A stretch of DNA of 64,000 bases. It comes from Nitrospinales bacterium. Lineage in GTDB: Bacteria > Nitrospinota > Nitrospinia > Nitrospinales > VA-1. The translations under genes and the position numbers were made by a program. The notes beneath the pieces were generated by a model. It did not search any database and was not told where the DNA came from. It saw only the letters and a program-made list of their open reading frames with translations. Positions 1 to 9,012 of this stretch are shown here, piece by piece; the stretch's first letter is position 1, and the number at the start of each line of letters is the position of its first letter. Location: the NCBI GenBank assembly GCA_965262115.1, contig OZ253496.1, positions 1,376,001 through 1,440,000 on the forward strand, written 5' to 3'.

Positions 1-412
1 GACCCATGCTTTTTGCCGAGCCTTTTATGATCTGCATCGCGGCTTCAACATCTCCAGCATTCAAGTCTTCCATTTTAACTTTTGCGATCTCTCGAACCTG
101 CTCCTCGGTCACCGTGCCGACAAACTCCTTACTCGGATTCGAGGAACCTTTTGCGATCCCCGCTGCCTGCTTCAACAAAGCCGAAGCGGGAGGAGATTTT
201 GTAATAAAAGAAAAGCCCTTGTCCTTATAAACATCAATGATCACAGGAATGATACTGCCTTCCTGGCCCTGGGTTTTGGCGTTAAAGGATTTACAGAAAT
301 CCATAATGTTCACACCGTGCTGACCCAATGCCGGCCCAACAGGCGGTGACGGGGTGGCCTGCCCGGCAGGAATTTGCAACTTGATCTGACTCATCACTTG
401 TTTTGTTGCCAC
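1..412 (-). CDS. rplK: 50S ribosomal protein L11 (3' end runs off the window)
   Basis: Manual translation from GTG at 412: [47 protein letters not shown], the L11 signature; follows nusG. Not in the ORF track. Confidence 0.97.
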   Translation of the reverse strand, partial: MATKQVMSQIKLQIPAGQATPSPPVGPALGQHGVNIMDFCKSFNAKTQGQEGSIIPVIIDVYKDKGFSFITKSPPASALLKQAAGIAKGSSNPSKEFVGTVTEEQVREIAKVKMEDLNAGDVEAAMQIIKGSAKSMG

Positions 413-457
413 TATCTGATCCCCTTATTTATCTGCTATATATTGCACGATTACTGA

Positions 458-988
458 TTAAACCCGCTCGATCTGGGGAAATTCCAATTCTACCGGAGTG
501 GCACGCCCAAAAATCAAAACCATGACCTTGACTTTACCCTTGTCATGATTGACATCCTCAACAGTTCCATTGAAATTCAGGAACGGCCCCTCTATGACCC
601 TCACGCTCTCACCTTTCTCAAAAGAGAATTTCGGCTTGGGCCGTGCAGATTCTCCCTTAATCTGATTCATGATCAACTTAATTTCTTCCTCCGACAGAGG
701 AACAGGCTCGTCTCCCCCACCTAAAAAACCGGTGACTTTGGGAGTATTTTTGATCATGTACCAGATATCCTGATTCATCTCGACATTGATCAGGATATAT
801 CCCGGGAAAAACTTCCTTGAGGAAACTTTTTTCTTACCCTTGCGCACCTCAACCACCTCTTCGGTCGGTATAACCACCTCACCAAAGTTTTCGCTGTAGT
901 TGGAATGCCCGAACTGCTCTTCTATATTTAACTTCACCTTCCGCTCAAAGCCGGAATAGGTGTGAATAACAAACCATTGCCTGGACAA
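458..988 (-). CDS. nusG: Transcription termination/antitermination factor NusG
   Basis: WFVIHTYSGFE...FFPGYILI...KOW motif GESVRVIEGPF...IFGRATPVEL; likely TTG start at 988 after a GGAGG RBS. Confidence 0.97.
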   Translation of the reverse strand: MSRQWFVIHTYSGFERKVKLNIEEQFGHSNYSENFGEVVIPTEEVVEVRKGKKKVSSRKFFPGYILINVEMNQDIWYMIKNTPKVTGFLGGGDEPVPLSEEEIKLIMNQIKGESARPKPKFSFEKGESVRVIEGPFLNFNGTVEDVNHDKGKVKVMVLIFGRATPVELEFPQIERV

Positions 989-1005
989 GGTACCTCCGTC
1001 AGATA

Positions 1006-1188
1006 TCATATAATACTCTGCACAATCTTCGAGAGAATCGCGTCGACAATCCCCAGAAACAAGGCCATTATCAAAACCACCACAACCACTACGGCGGTAC
1101 CGCCCATGGCCTCTGCACGGGTAGGCCAAGTCACCCTCTTGACCTCAGCTCTCACCTCGGCCAAAAACCCAAAAGCTTTTTCAATCAT
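1006..1188 (-). CDS. secE: Preprotein translocase subunit SecE
   Basis: EVRAEVKRVTWPTR motif plus one TM helix; between tRNA-Trp and nusG. Confidence 0.95.
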   Translation of the reverse strand: MIEKAFGFLAEVRAEVKRVTWPTRAEAMGGTAVVVVVVLIMALFLGIVDAILSKIVQSII

Positions 1189-1209
1189 AGTCCCTCAACC
1201 AAGTTTCAA

Positions 1210-1282
1210 CAGGCCAGGAGGGATTCGAACCCCCAACCCTCGGATTTGGAATCCGATGCTCTACCGTTAGAGCTACTGACCT
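1210..1282 (-). tRNA. tRNA-Trp (CCA)
   Basis: Reverse complement AGGTCAGTAGCTCTAACGGTAGAGCATCGGATTCCAAATCCGAGGGTTGGGGGTTCGAATCCCTCCTGGCCTG; anticodon CCA. Confidence 0.95.
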
Positions 1283-1380
1283 AATTCGGAATCCGCGCCA
1301 GTTTATAGGAAGGGGAGGAATATTTCCGCCTGCCCGATCGCCCGGACATTCGCCCTCACTCCCAACCGTCCGATTTTTCT

Positions 1381-1530
1381 TTATTTGGTTTCCTTATGGG
1401 GGGTGTGTTTTCTGCAAAACCTACAGTATTTCTTGAATTCCAACCTTTGCGTGGTGGTCTTCTTGTTTTTAGTCCCCGAATAATTCTTCCGATTACAATC
1501 AGAACATGCCAAATGAACGATAACTCTCAT
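1381..1530 (-). CDS. rpmG: 50S ribosomal protein L33 (zinc-ribbon, Cys-containing type)
   Basis: Manual translation [49 protein letters not shown] (49 aa), below the ORF-track cutoff. Confidence 0.95.
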   Translation of the reverse strand: MRVIVHLACSDCNRKNYSGTKNKKTTTQRLEFKKYCRFCRKHTPHKETK

Positions 1531-1628
1531 GATTATTTACTCAACCTTTGTATCCGACAGCCTCACCCCCTACCGGCCGCAAGACATTTATAATCTCTAT
1601 CAAACCCAGGAACCACCCAATGGAAACC

Positions 1629-1703
1629 TGGAGCCCACGATCGGGATTGAACCGATGACCTCTTCCTTACCAAGGAAGTGCTCCACCACTGAGCTACGTG
1701 GGC
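1629..1703 (-). tRNA. tRNA-Thr (GGT)
   Basis: Cloverleaf; anticodon arm CTTCC-TTGGTAA-GGAAG; encoded CCA end. Confidence 0.95.
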
Positions 1704-1739
1704 GTTAAATACTGACTCCCAATACCCGGTCAAAGGTGG

Positions 1740-1816
1740 TGGAGCGGGAAACCGGACTCGAACCGGCGACCCTCAGCTTGGAAGGCTGACGCTCTAGCCA
1801 ACTGAGCTATTCCCGC
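1740..1816 (-). tRNA. tRNA-Gly (TCC)
   Basis: GCGGGAATAGCTCAGTTGG...TCAGCCTTCCAAGCTGA...GTTCGAGTCC...CCA. Confidence 0.95.
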
Positions 1817-1841
1817 AAGTCCATCCAACCTAAATTCAGGA

Positions 1842-1923
1842 TGGGGAGGGGAGGATTCGAACCTCCGAAGGCTGAGCCGACAGATTTACAGTCTGTTCCC
1901 TTTGGCCACTCGGGAACCTCCCC
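1842..1923 (-). tRNA. tRNA-Tyr (GTA)
   Basis: GGGGAGGTTCCCGAGTGGCCAAAGGG...ACTGTAAATCT with a long variable arm; T-loop GGTTCGAATCC. Confidence 0.95.
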
Positions 1924-2018
1924 GTCATTATGGGTGAACCATCACAACCCCACAGTCGGTCATCGCCCAGCCTCCATAGCAGGGCACCGGAATCCTTTTT
2001 AAACCAGTCAATTAAAAC

Positions 2019-2094
2019 TGGAGCTGGCAAAGGGACTCGAACCCCCGACCTGCTGATTACAAATCAGCTGCTCTACCAACTGAGCTACGCCAGC
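2019..2094 (-). tRNA. tRNA-Thr (TGT)
   Basis: GCTGGCGTAGCTCAGTTGGTAGAGCAGCTGATTTGTAATCAGC...CCA. Confidence 0.95.
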
Positions 2095-2540
2095 TCAGCA
2101 AATAAAAAACCCCCATATTACACTTTGATTTTCAAAGTTTCAATACCAATTGGAGGTTTTCAGCTATTTCATTAAGATTAACAGGATGTATTGCCGCGAA
2201 AGGGTGATATTGCGACGCACTATAGCATGGGCGAATGTCTTTTAATAGAAAAAAACGCCCCACTTGCACTATTAAGCGAAGAATTTTAACACTGAAAATT
2301 CCCAAATACTAGATTTTTTTCTTTCTTGTCTCAATTTCCGAAAAAAAAACATCTTCCCGCCCAAACGAGCCATTTTCAAAACTGGTTCCTGCCAGAACCC
2401 TGGCGAGCTATTTTCCGCTTCCCGGAAGGTTTCTTTAAATACTCTTTGTCCTGCATTTCCTGGATCGACTGAAGCTTGGCTTTGCAGAAATGAGCCTAAC
2501 GGAAATTATAGTAATCGACCGAATTCTGCGCATCCTGGGA

Positions 2541-2669
2541 GAGACCTTTGCGTAAGTCTATAAAGCAAAAAAGCGAGATGCTTCGACAAGCTCAGCATGA
2601 CAATAAAAGGCTATTTTTTCATTCTGAGGAGCTATTGCAACGAAGAATATTGGGTTATGCAAAGGTCTC
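2541..2669. mobile_element. MITE with GAGACCTTTGCRTAA terminal inverted repeats and 9-bp target-site duplication
   Basis: GAGACCTTTGCGTAA ... TTATGCAAAGGTCTC, flanked by ATCCTGGGA at 2532-2540 and 2670-2678. Confidence 0.88.
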
Positions 2670-2837
2670 ATCCTGGGAGGAGACAAAGTGGGGAATTGCT
2701 TCCACCCTTGATTCCACAGGCGGAAAGAAAAAACACCATTCCCGCTGTCCCAATGATTTTAAACAACCTTGGCATACGACCACAAATCAAATAATTCTTT
2801 TTATATCAATAGATTATACGAAAATCCCTGTTTCCCG

Positions 2838-4073
2838 TCAAGCTTTGGGGCTAATTTGCTGGGATGCGGGGAAAAGGGCATCGGGTTCCCCGTCCATCCT
2901 ATAAAAATCCACTTCACAGCGATGAGGTTCGAAGGGCACATCCCACCAAGGCCCTGAATAAGAAGGAGAAACGCGGAATCCAATCAAATCTGCCTTTTGT
3001 CCAGGTGCGAGGGTGCCGCACTGCAACCCCAAAGCTTCTGCACCCCCAGCAGTTGCCATAGTAAGTATTTCCTGTCGGCTGACATCGGGCAAAAGTTTAT
3101 CAGCCATACGCAACTCGTCGAGAAAATTGAGAGAATCATTGCTGGCTAGTGAATCGGTTCCTAGAGCCACATTCATTCCCCTATCCAGCAAAGCGCGAAC
3201 CGGCGTGAATTGCGTCCGGCCAAACCACGCGGTGCTCTTGGGGCAAAACACCGCGCTAACCTTTTTCTCTTCCATAGTATCCAGATCGTCTGAGACAAAA
3301 TTGCAGTGCACAGCGATAAGACAATCCAAAATTTCAAGTGAAGAAAGATATTGCATCGGCGTTTTATAGGGAGGTTGCCATTCGGGGTCCCAGGCAGACC
3401 TTTCCTTTAACAATTCTTCCAGTGAATTGTCACCGATCACAAGAAACCTGGACTCTTCTTTGGTTTCCGCAACATGGCAGGAAAGCGGGCAATGATATTT
3501 CTTGGCCAGTTGCGAAAGATGCCGGAACAGATCGGGAGAAACAGAATAAGGCGCATGCGGCGCCAAGCCCAACTGATAAAGCGGAGAAACGCATTCACGT
3601 TGTAAAACCTCTTCCAGGTTTTTGCAAAGCATCTGCGCTTTTTCGGAATGAAATCCTATCGTCTCCAAGAACAACACGGAGCGAAAACCCAACCCGCCAA
3701 TCACAGGCAACAGTTCAGGCTCGGCAACATAGTCTCCCAGCGCGGTCACGCCGGAACGCTTCATCACTTCAGCACCAGCGCAAATTCCCCGGACCCGGCT
3801 CTCGTTATCGAGAGCGGAGTTCAGCGGGATCAACGCACGTATCCAATCCGCAAATGAGTCAGAAGGAGAAAGTTTTTTTTCAAGGGCGGTCAAACTGAGG
3901 TGGCAATGCGCGTTGACAAACCCCGGCATGAGCAGGCAGTCGGAAAGATCCACATCATCATTGCCCGATTGGGTTGTTGAGATCTCGACAATGTTGCCGC
4001 CTTCGATAATCAACTCACCGTTTTCAACGGGGTCTCCGCAAATTGTCAGCAAACCCCGGAATTTAATTTTCAT
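2838..4073 (-). CDS. Metal-dependent amidohydrolase (MTA/SAH or aminodeoxyfutalosine deaminase-like)
   Basis: PGFVNAHCHL (HxH), APHAPYSVS, HVAE, AVHC and LGTDS motifs of the amidohydrolase superfamily. Confidence 0.82.
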   Translation of the reverse strand: MKIKFRGLLTICGDPVENGELIIEGGNIVEISTTQSGNDDVDLSDCLLMPGFVNAHCHLSLTALEKKLSPSDSFADWIRALIPLNSALDNESRVRGICAGAEVMKRSGVTALGDYVAEPELLPVIGGLGFRSVLFLETIGFHSEKAQMLCKNLEEVLQRECVSPLYQLGLAPHAPYSVSPDLFRHLSQLAKKYHCPLSCHVAETKEESRFLVIGDNSLEELLKERSAWDPEWQPPYKTPMQYLSSLEILDCLIAVHCNFVSDDLDTMEEKKVSAVFCPKSTAWFGRTQFTPVRALLDRGMNVALGTDSLASNDSLNFLDELRMADKLLPDVSRQEILTMATAGGAEALGLQCGTLAPGQKADLIGFRVSPSYSGPWWDVPFEPHRCEVDFYRMDGEPDALFPASQQISPKA

Positions 4074-4083
4074 AGCCTGATTT

Positions 4084-4542
4084 TTAAAAGTATGTAGAAT
4101 CCTTATACTGTTGATAGGCAGAACCCAATTGTTCCAACAGAACTTTCTCTTCGGCCCGGGCGCGGACGATGTTCAATGGGATCACCACCACAAACACATA
4201 AACCAGACAAGGGATAGAACCGCAGGCCACAAACAATCCGCTCAACGTTAAAACGATTCCTATATAAATCGGGTGACGAAAAACCCGGTAAATCCCTTGG
4301 GTGACCAAATGGTCTGTTCCCGGCAGAACGGCGAGCGAAGAACCCAGCGACCACATTGCAACCATCCATAGCAGAACACCCACCGCCCCGATGGACAGTC
4401 CCGCATAAACCAGACCGGGCACACCGAAACCAAAATTTTTCGGCCCCACGTAAGCCAGCACCAAAGGAACCAGGTAAAACATCGGAACCAGAATGTTCAA
4501 CATAAACTTCTGGTTTGAGCTGAGGGATTTAAAATCAATCAT
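4084..4542 (-). CDS. Isoprenylcysteine carboxyl methyltransferase / PEMT family membrane protein
   Basis: LVTQGIYRVFRHPIYIG and EEKVL...Y..Y motifs; multiple TM helices. Confidence 0.85.
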   Translation of the reverse strand: MIDFKSLSSNQKFMLNILVPMFYLVPLVLAYVGPKNFGFGVPGLVYAGLSIGAVGVLLWMVAMWSLGSSLAVLPGTDHLVTQGIYRVFRHPIYIGIVLTLSGLFVACGSIPCLVYVFVVVIPLNIVRARAEEKVLLEQLGSAYQQYKDSTYF

Positions 4543-4639
4543 TGTAAATTACCAGTGTGCCAGCGGAGCACCTCCGCTGGGAAATGGCATGTCTTGATCT
4601 CGTGCCCAATCGGTTTCTCGGCTCAATACTATTGCCTAT

Positions 4640-4927
4640 GAGACCTTTACATAACCCCGGATTACCCCTTCGGGGCATGAAGGTTAAGGAAGAGGACATC
4701 ACATACCCCTTCTACCCGTTCCGGGCATGAATTTAGCGGAGGGGATATCACAGGCTCACGAAGGTTAAGGAAAAATATCACGTCTTCGTCACGTTATTCC
4801 TCAGAATGACAAACCGGCTTTGCGCTGTCATTCTGAACGCAGTGAAGACGTGATATTCCACTTAAGCTCTCGTGCCCCGAAGGGGTAATCTCGCTTTTTT
4901 GTTTTTTTCGACTTACGCAAAGGTCTC
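4640..4927. mobile_element. MITE of the same TIR family, carrying four nested mini-element copies
   Basis: GAGACCTTTACATAA...TTACGCAAAGGTCTC, flanked by 9-bp duplication ATTGCCTAT (4631-4639 and 4928-4936). Confidence 0.88.
4663..4887. repeat. Cluster of 39-41 nt GNA-hairpin mini-elements (YGTGAT...TTCATGCCCSGNASGGGTA)
   Basis: Copies at 4663-4703, 4704-4781 (with nested 4713-4752) and 4849-4887; many more across the window. Confidence 0.85.
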
Positions 4928-4988
4928 ATTGCCTATTTCCTCTGGCGGCTCGCCGGTTGGCCACATGTTATATACCCCACCTTAGCTT

Positions 4989-6074
4989 TCATGCCCCGGA
5001 GGGGTACGCCGAGTGGCCGAGCAGTTGTTTGTTGAAGGCTTCACGTCCTTCCAGAATTTCAAGTTCGATCACCACTTTAAAAAAAGGCAAGATGAATTTC
5101 ATCTCTTTGAGTTTCACCGCATCTTTTTCTGGAAGCAGAAGGAACCGGGCGCCCTCTTTTACTGCGCGGGACTCCAGTTCTTTAATATCCTGCAAGGTAT
5201 AAGGATGATGATCGGGAAAGGACTTGAAAAATTTTAGTTGAATCTGCGAGTCCAGCAAAATCTGCCTGAATCCTTTCGGTTTTGCAATCCCACAAAATGC
5301 GGCGACCGGTTCATTCTTTAATATTTCCATCTCCAACACTTCCTCATCATCCATGCGAATTATGGAATCCAGACGAAGGTGCGTTTTGATCTGGGGAACG
5401 GAACCTAAAAGGCGTGAATCAAAATTGATGGAACCGCCGGAATAATGGGTGAAGCAAACCATATCTGCCCTTCTTGTTTCTCTTGCCGGTTCACGCAACT
5501 CCCCCGCCGGAAAAAGGTGACCGTTACCGAGCGGCCTGCAATGATCAAAAAGCAGGATGTCCAGATCGCGGTTTAAAGCCAGGTGCTGAAACCCATCATC
5601 CAGAACCAGAGTATCAACACCAAAATGATCGAGCGCGTACTGCCCTGTCTGATAACGGTCTGGCCCGGTTAAAACCGGAATGTTTTTGAGTTTTTCCGCC
5701 ATCATGACCGCTTCATCTCCGACCCACTCAGGAGAAAGCAGCGTTTGTTTTCCATCGCAGACCACATTGACCGGGTCACCGGATTTTCCGCCATAACCCC
5801 GGGTGAGAATAGCGGGCTTGAGTCCGTTTCCCCTGAGGGTTTCGGCAATCATCATGACAAAGGGCGTTTTTCCTGTTCCGCCCAGCGTCAGGTTGCCAAC
5901 GCTGATCACCCGGCAGTCGAGTTTGCGGCTGGGAAATACCCCCCATCGGTAGGCCCAGAGACGAAAATGGTGGCCCAGTAAATAAACAAAGGAAATGAGT
6001 TTCAGGATTGCAAAAACCGGAAACCAATACCATTTGCGATCGGGCGATATGACTTTATAGAAAATTTCAGACAT
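4989..6074 (-). CDS. lpxK: Tetraacyldisaccharide 4'-kinase
   Basis: VISVGNLTLGGTGKTP, LTRGYGG, LDDGFQH, PAGELRE and FPDHH motifs. Confidence 0.95.
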   Translation of the reverse strand: MSEIFYKVISPDRKWYWFPVFAILKLISFVYLLGHHFRLWAYRWGVFPSRKLDCRVISVGNLTLGGTGKTPFVMMIAETLRGNGLKPAILTRGYGGKSGDPVNVVCDGKQTLLSPEWVGDEAVMMAEKLKNIPVLTGPDRYQTGQYALDHFGVDTLVLDDGFQHLALNRDLDILLFDHCRPLGNGHLFPAGELREPARETRRADMVCFTHYSGGSINFDSRLLGSVPQIKTHLRLDSIIRMDDEEVLEMEILKNEPVAAFCGIAKPKGFRQILLDSQIQLKFFKSFPDHHPYTLQDIKELESRAVKEGARFLLLPEKDAVKLKEMKFILPFFKVVIELEILEGREAFNKQLLGHSAYPSGA

Positions 6075-6121
6075 GATTTTTCAGCCGAATCCACAATGAA
6101 TTAGGAGTATACTCCCAGCTT

Positions 6122-7369
6122 ATGGATTTTTTGTATTATATTCTGACAGGAGGGCTACTGCTTTTGGCTTCTCCTTTTCTTATTTTAAGGGCACTTGTCT
6201 CTTCTTCTTTCCGCGATCAGATCAGGGGGAAAATGGCGGGAGCCCGATCCCTGCCAGAATTAAAAGATACATTATGGATTCACGCCTCATCGGTGGGAGA
6301 AGTCCGCCTGGCTAAAATCCTCATTGCGGGCCTTATAAAGGAAGGGGAATCCCGACCGATCGCCCTTTCCACTTTTACTCCCACCGGTTATGCGCTGGCC
6401 CTGGAGGAAAAACTTCCCAACGTGTTCAAATTGCCGCTGGATTTTCCCATCTGGCTGAATCCGGTTTTTGAGCGTTTACAACCTTCCAAACTAGTCCTGA
6501 TCGAAGCAGAGTTGTGGCCTGCTTTGCTTCGCCAGTGTAAACGCCGAGGTATTCCCGTCATTCAGGTGAACGGAAGGGTCTCGGAAAAATCGGTTCAGTG
6601 CTATGGAAAACTTCCGGCCTTCCTTTTATGGATGACGGATGCGATCGAACAATTTTCAATGCGGTCCCAGACTGATGCAGACCGGTTTTTACAATTGGGC
6701 GTGGCGCAAGAAAAAGTCCGGGTGACGGGAAATATAAAATTCGATGTGACCTCCATCGAAACCGGGGACAAATACCATACTGAATGGAAGTCAGATTCCC
6801 GGGTTCTGGTTTTTGGTTCCACTCGGCCGGGGGAAGAAGGCCCTATCATGGAAGCATTGGTTGAATTACAAAAAGAGTTTCCCGCCCTGATCGGGGTGAT
6901 TGCCCCCAGACATATGGAAAGATGCCGGGAAGTTGAAGACTTGGTTCGAGAATTCAAAGTGGACTATGCCCTGCTCTCCAAACAGGATGATCTGATAAAC
7001 TTTACAGGCGCTGTTTTACTGGTGGACAGCCTGGGAAAACTCAACGCCTTTTACAAAAGCGCAATCGTGACCTATGTCGGGGGCGGATTCAATCCCCGGT
7101 TTGGCGGCCACAACATTCTCGAACCCGCGGCATTGGGAAAGCCGGTGCTGTTCGGCAAGTTCATGAATAATTTTGAAGAAGAAGCGAAACTTCTCACTCA
7201 GTCCAGGGGTGGCCTGCAACTGCAAAACATAGAAGAACTCTACGATGTTTTAAAACGTTTGCTGACGAATGCGGACGAACGCCAGACGCTGGGACAGTCT
7301 GCGGAAAAAACCGTCAAAGCCAACAGCGGCGCCTTAAGAAGGAACATTGAACTCATCCAATCAACATAA
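6122..7369 (+). CDS. waaA: 3-deoxy-D-manno-octulosonic acid (Kdo) transferase, paralogue 1
   Basis: WIHASSVGE, EAELWP, TGNIKFD, GSTRPGEE, APRH and GGHNILEPA motifs. Confidence 0.93.
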   Translation: MDFLYYILTGGLLLLASPFLILRALVSSSFRDQIRGKMAGARSLPELKDTLWIHASSVGEVRLAKILIAGLIKEGESRPIALSTFTPTGYALALEEKLPNVFKLPLDFPIWLNPVFERLQPSKLVLIEAELWPALLRQCKRRGIPVIQVNGRVSEKSVQCYGKLPAFLLWMTDAIEQFSMRSQTDADRFLQLGVAQEKVRVTGNIKFDVTSIETGDKYHTEWKSDSRVLVFGSTRPGEEGPIMEALVELQKEFPALIGVIAPRHMERCREVEDLVREFKVDYALLSKQDDLINFTGAVLLVDSLGKLNAFYKSAIVTYVGGGFNPRFGGHNILEPAALGKPVLFGKFMNNFEEEAKLLTQSRGGLQLQNIEELYDVLKRLLTNADERQTLGQSAEKTVKANSGALRRNIELIQST

Positions 7370-7398
7370 GCCTAGGATTTCTTGACGGGACACCCGTT

Positions 7399-8655
7399 TT
7401 GATGATTACTCTTTATCACTTTCTATCCCTTTTTGTTGCCGTCCTTCTCATACCGTTATTCACACTCACGACCCTGTTCTCCAAACACAAGTGGAAAGGA
7501 CTGGTCCATCATTTCGGATGGGTTCCGAAAACGCCGGGCAAAAAAATCCTCTGGCTGCATGCTCTATCGATGGGAGAAGTCGTAGCCGCGGCACCAGTTC
7601 TTCAACGGGTCCGTGAGAAGAACCCGGAACTGGTTATCGCGCTTTCTGTCACCACCGACTCGGGCTATGCGACAGCCCTCAATTCGGGGTTCGCCGACAG
7701 CGTGTTTTTTCATCCGCTGGATTGCCTGCCATTCACCCAACTGGCTTTGAGCCGGATCCATCCGGACATTTATGTCGTCATGGATACCGGATTCTGGCCC
7801 GGTTTGATCGATCTGTTACATAGAAAAAATATCCCGGCTCTTCTATGCAACGGCCGCCTCTCGGAACGCTCTGCCCGGCGGTATCTCAGCACCGGCTCCC
7901 TTTTCAAAGACACTTTCCAAAAGTTTCACCGACTCGGCATGCAAAACACCAATGGAGAAAAAGCCGCTCTGGCGCTGGGTGTGAACCGAGAGCTTGTCGA
8001 GGTGATGGGTGACCCGAAATACGACGCACTGCGACCCATGACCGACGAGGAGAAAGAACGGTTACGCCAGAGTTTCAAGCTGAAGGCAGACACACCAGTA
8101 TGGATAGCAGGCAGCACCCATGCCGGCGAAGAAGAAATTATTCTGGACGCGCACCGGCAATTGATGGCGAATCACCCCAACCTGGTTTTGATTCTTGCAC
8201 CACGAAGAATGGAGCGAGTGGAAGAGGTGGTCAGCCTGCTTAAAAAGGAAAACATTGCTTTCACCCTGCGATCATCGCCGCAACCTGCAAAAACTGTCGT
8301 CGTCCTTGACACGATGGGTGAGTTGGCTAAGGTTTATTCACTGGGGCAAATCGCATTTGTAGGCAGAAGCCTGATCCAGCCGGGTGGAGGCCACAGCCTG
8401 ATTGAGCCTCTATTTTATGGACTGCCAGTCATGCACGGGCCTTTTATCGAGAATATCGGCCATGTCGCCGACAAAGCCCAGGAACTGGCTTTACCGGTAC
8501 AAAATTCTGGAGACATAAAAGAAAGAGTGCAAACCCTGCTGGAAAATGAAAGCCTGCGCCAGGAACTGGCTAAAAAAGCCCGTTCCTTCATCACGGAGCA
8601 ACAAGGCGCCTCTGAAAAAATGGCCCAAACTATCACAAAAGTCCTGGCGATTTAA
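7399..8655 (+). CDS. waaA: Kdo transferase, divergent paralogue 2
   Basis: WLHALSMGE, GDPKYD, AGSTHAGEE, APRR and GGHSLIEP motifs. Confidence 0.88.
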   Translation: MMITLYHFLSLFVAVLLIPLFTLTTLFSKHKWKGLVHHFGWVPKTPGKKILWLHALSMGEVVAAAPVLQRVREKNPELVIALSVTTDSGYATALNSGFADSVFFHPLDCLPFTQLALSRIHPDIYVVMDTGFWPGLIDLLHRKNIPALLCNGRLSERSARRYLSTGSLFKDTFQKFHRLGMQNTNGEKAALALGVNRELVEVMGDPKYDALRPMTDEEKERLRQSFKLKADTPVWIAGSTHAGEEEIILDAHRQLMANHPNLVLILAPRRMERVEEVVSLLKKENIAFTLRSSPQPAKTVVVLDTMGELAKVYSLGQIAFVGRSLIQPGGGHSLIEPLFYGLPVMHGPFIENIGHVADKAQELALPVQNSGDIKERVQTLLENESLRQELAKKARSFITEQQGASEKMAQTITKVLAI

Positions 8656-8836
8656 TGTTTTACATAAAAAAAACCATTCCCCCTCCGTAAAAAACTCTTT
8701 ACACTATATTCTTCACCAAAGAGCCATAAGCCCTACACCTTTAACGTGAAACTGATACGACAAGGCACAAAAGAAGGTTCGCCTTATCAGGACTAATTTC
8801 TACGAATTTTAATATTCAAATGGGAAATCCTGGTTT

Positions 8837-8962
8837 ATGAAAGTAGGCACACGCATCATTTTAAGCTTTGCAATATTAGGCGCTTTCATATTTGTCGCAA
8901 GCTATCTGGGTGTCCGGACCATTGAAACCGGGTTTCACCGATTATGTCCCAAACCCTATTAA
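8837..8962 (+). CDS. Possible small membrane peptide or gene remnant (41 aa)
   Basis: MKVGTRIILSFAILGAFIFVASYLGVRTIETGFHRLCPKPY; resembles the N-terminal TM segment of a sensor protein; no clear RBS. Confidence 0.3.
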   Translation: MKVGTRIILSFAILGAFIFVASYLGVRTIETGFHRLCPKPY

Positions 8963-9012
8963 GGTCGCACCTTTTTTAGACACGGTGAACAAGTATCTAA
9001 CTTGAAACCGGA

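Noticed and set aside
458..1129. 223-aa extended NusG, and similar N-terminal extensions of leuS, rpsT and the asparaginase
   Set aside because: The extensions overlap secE, repeats or divergent genes; internal starts fit the family lengths.
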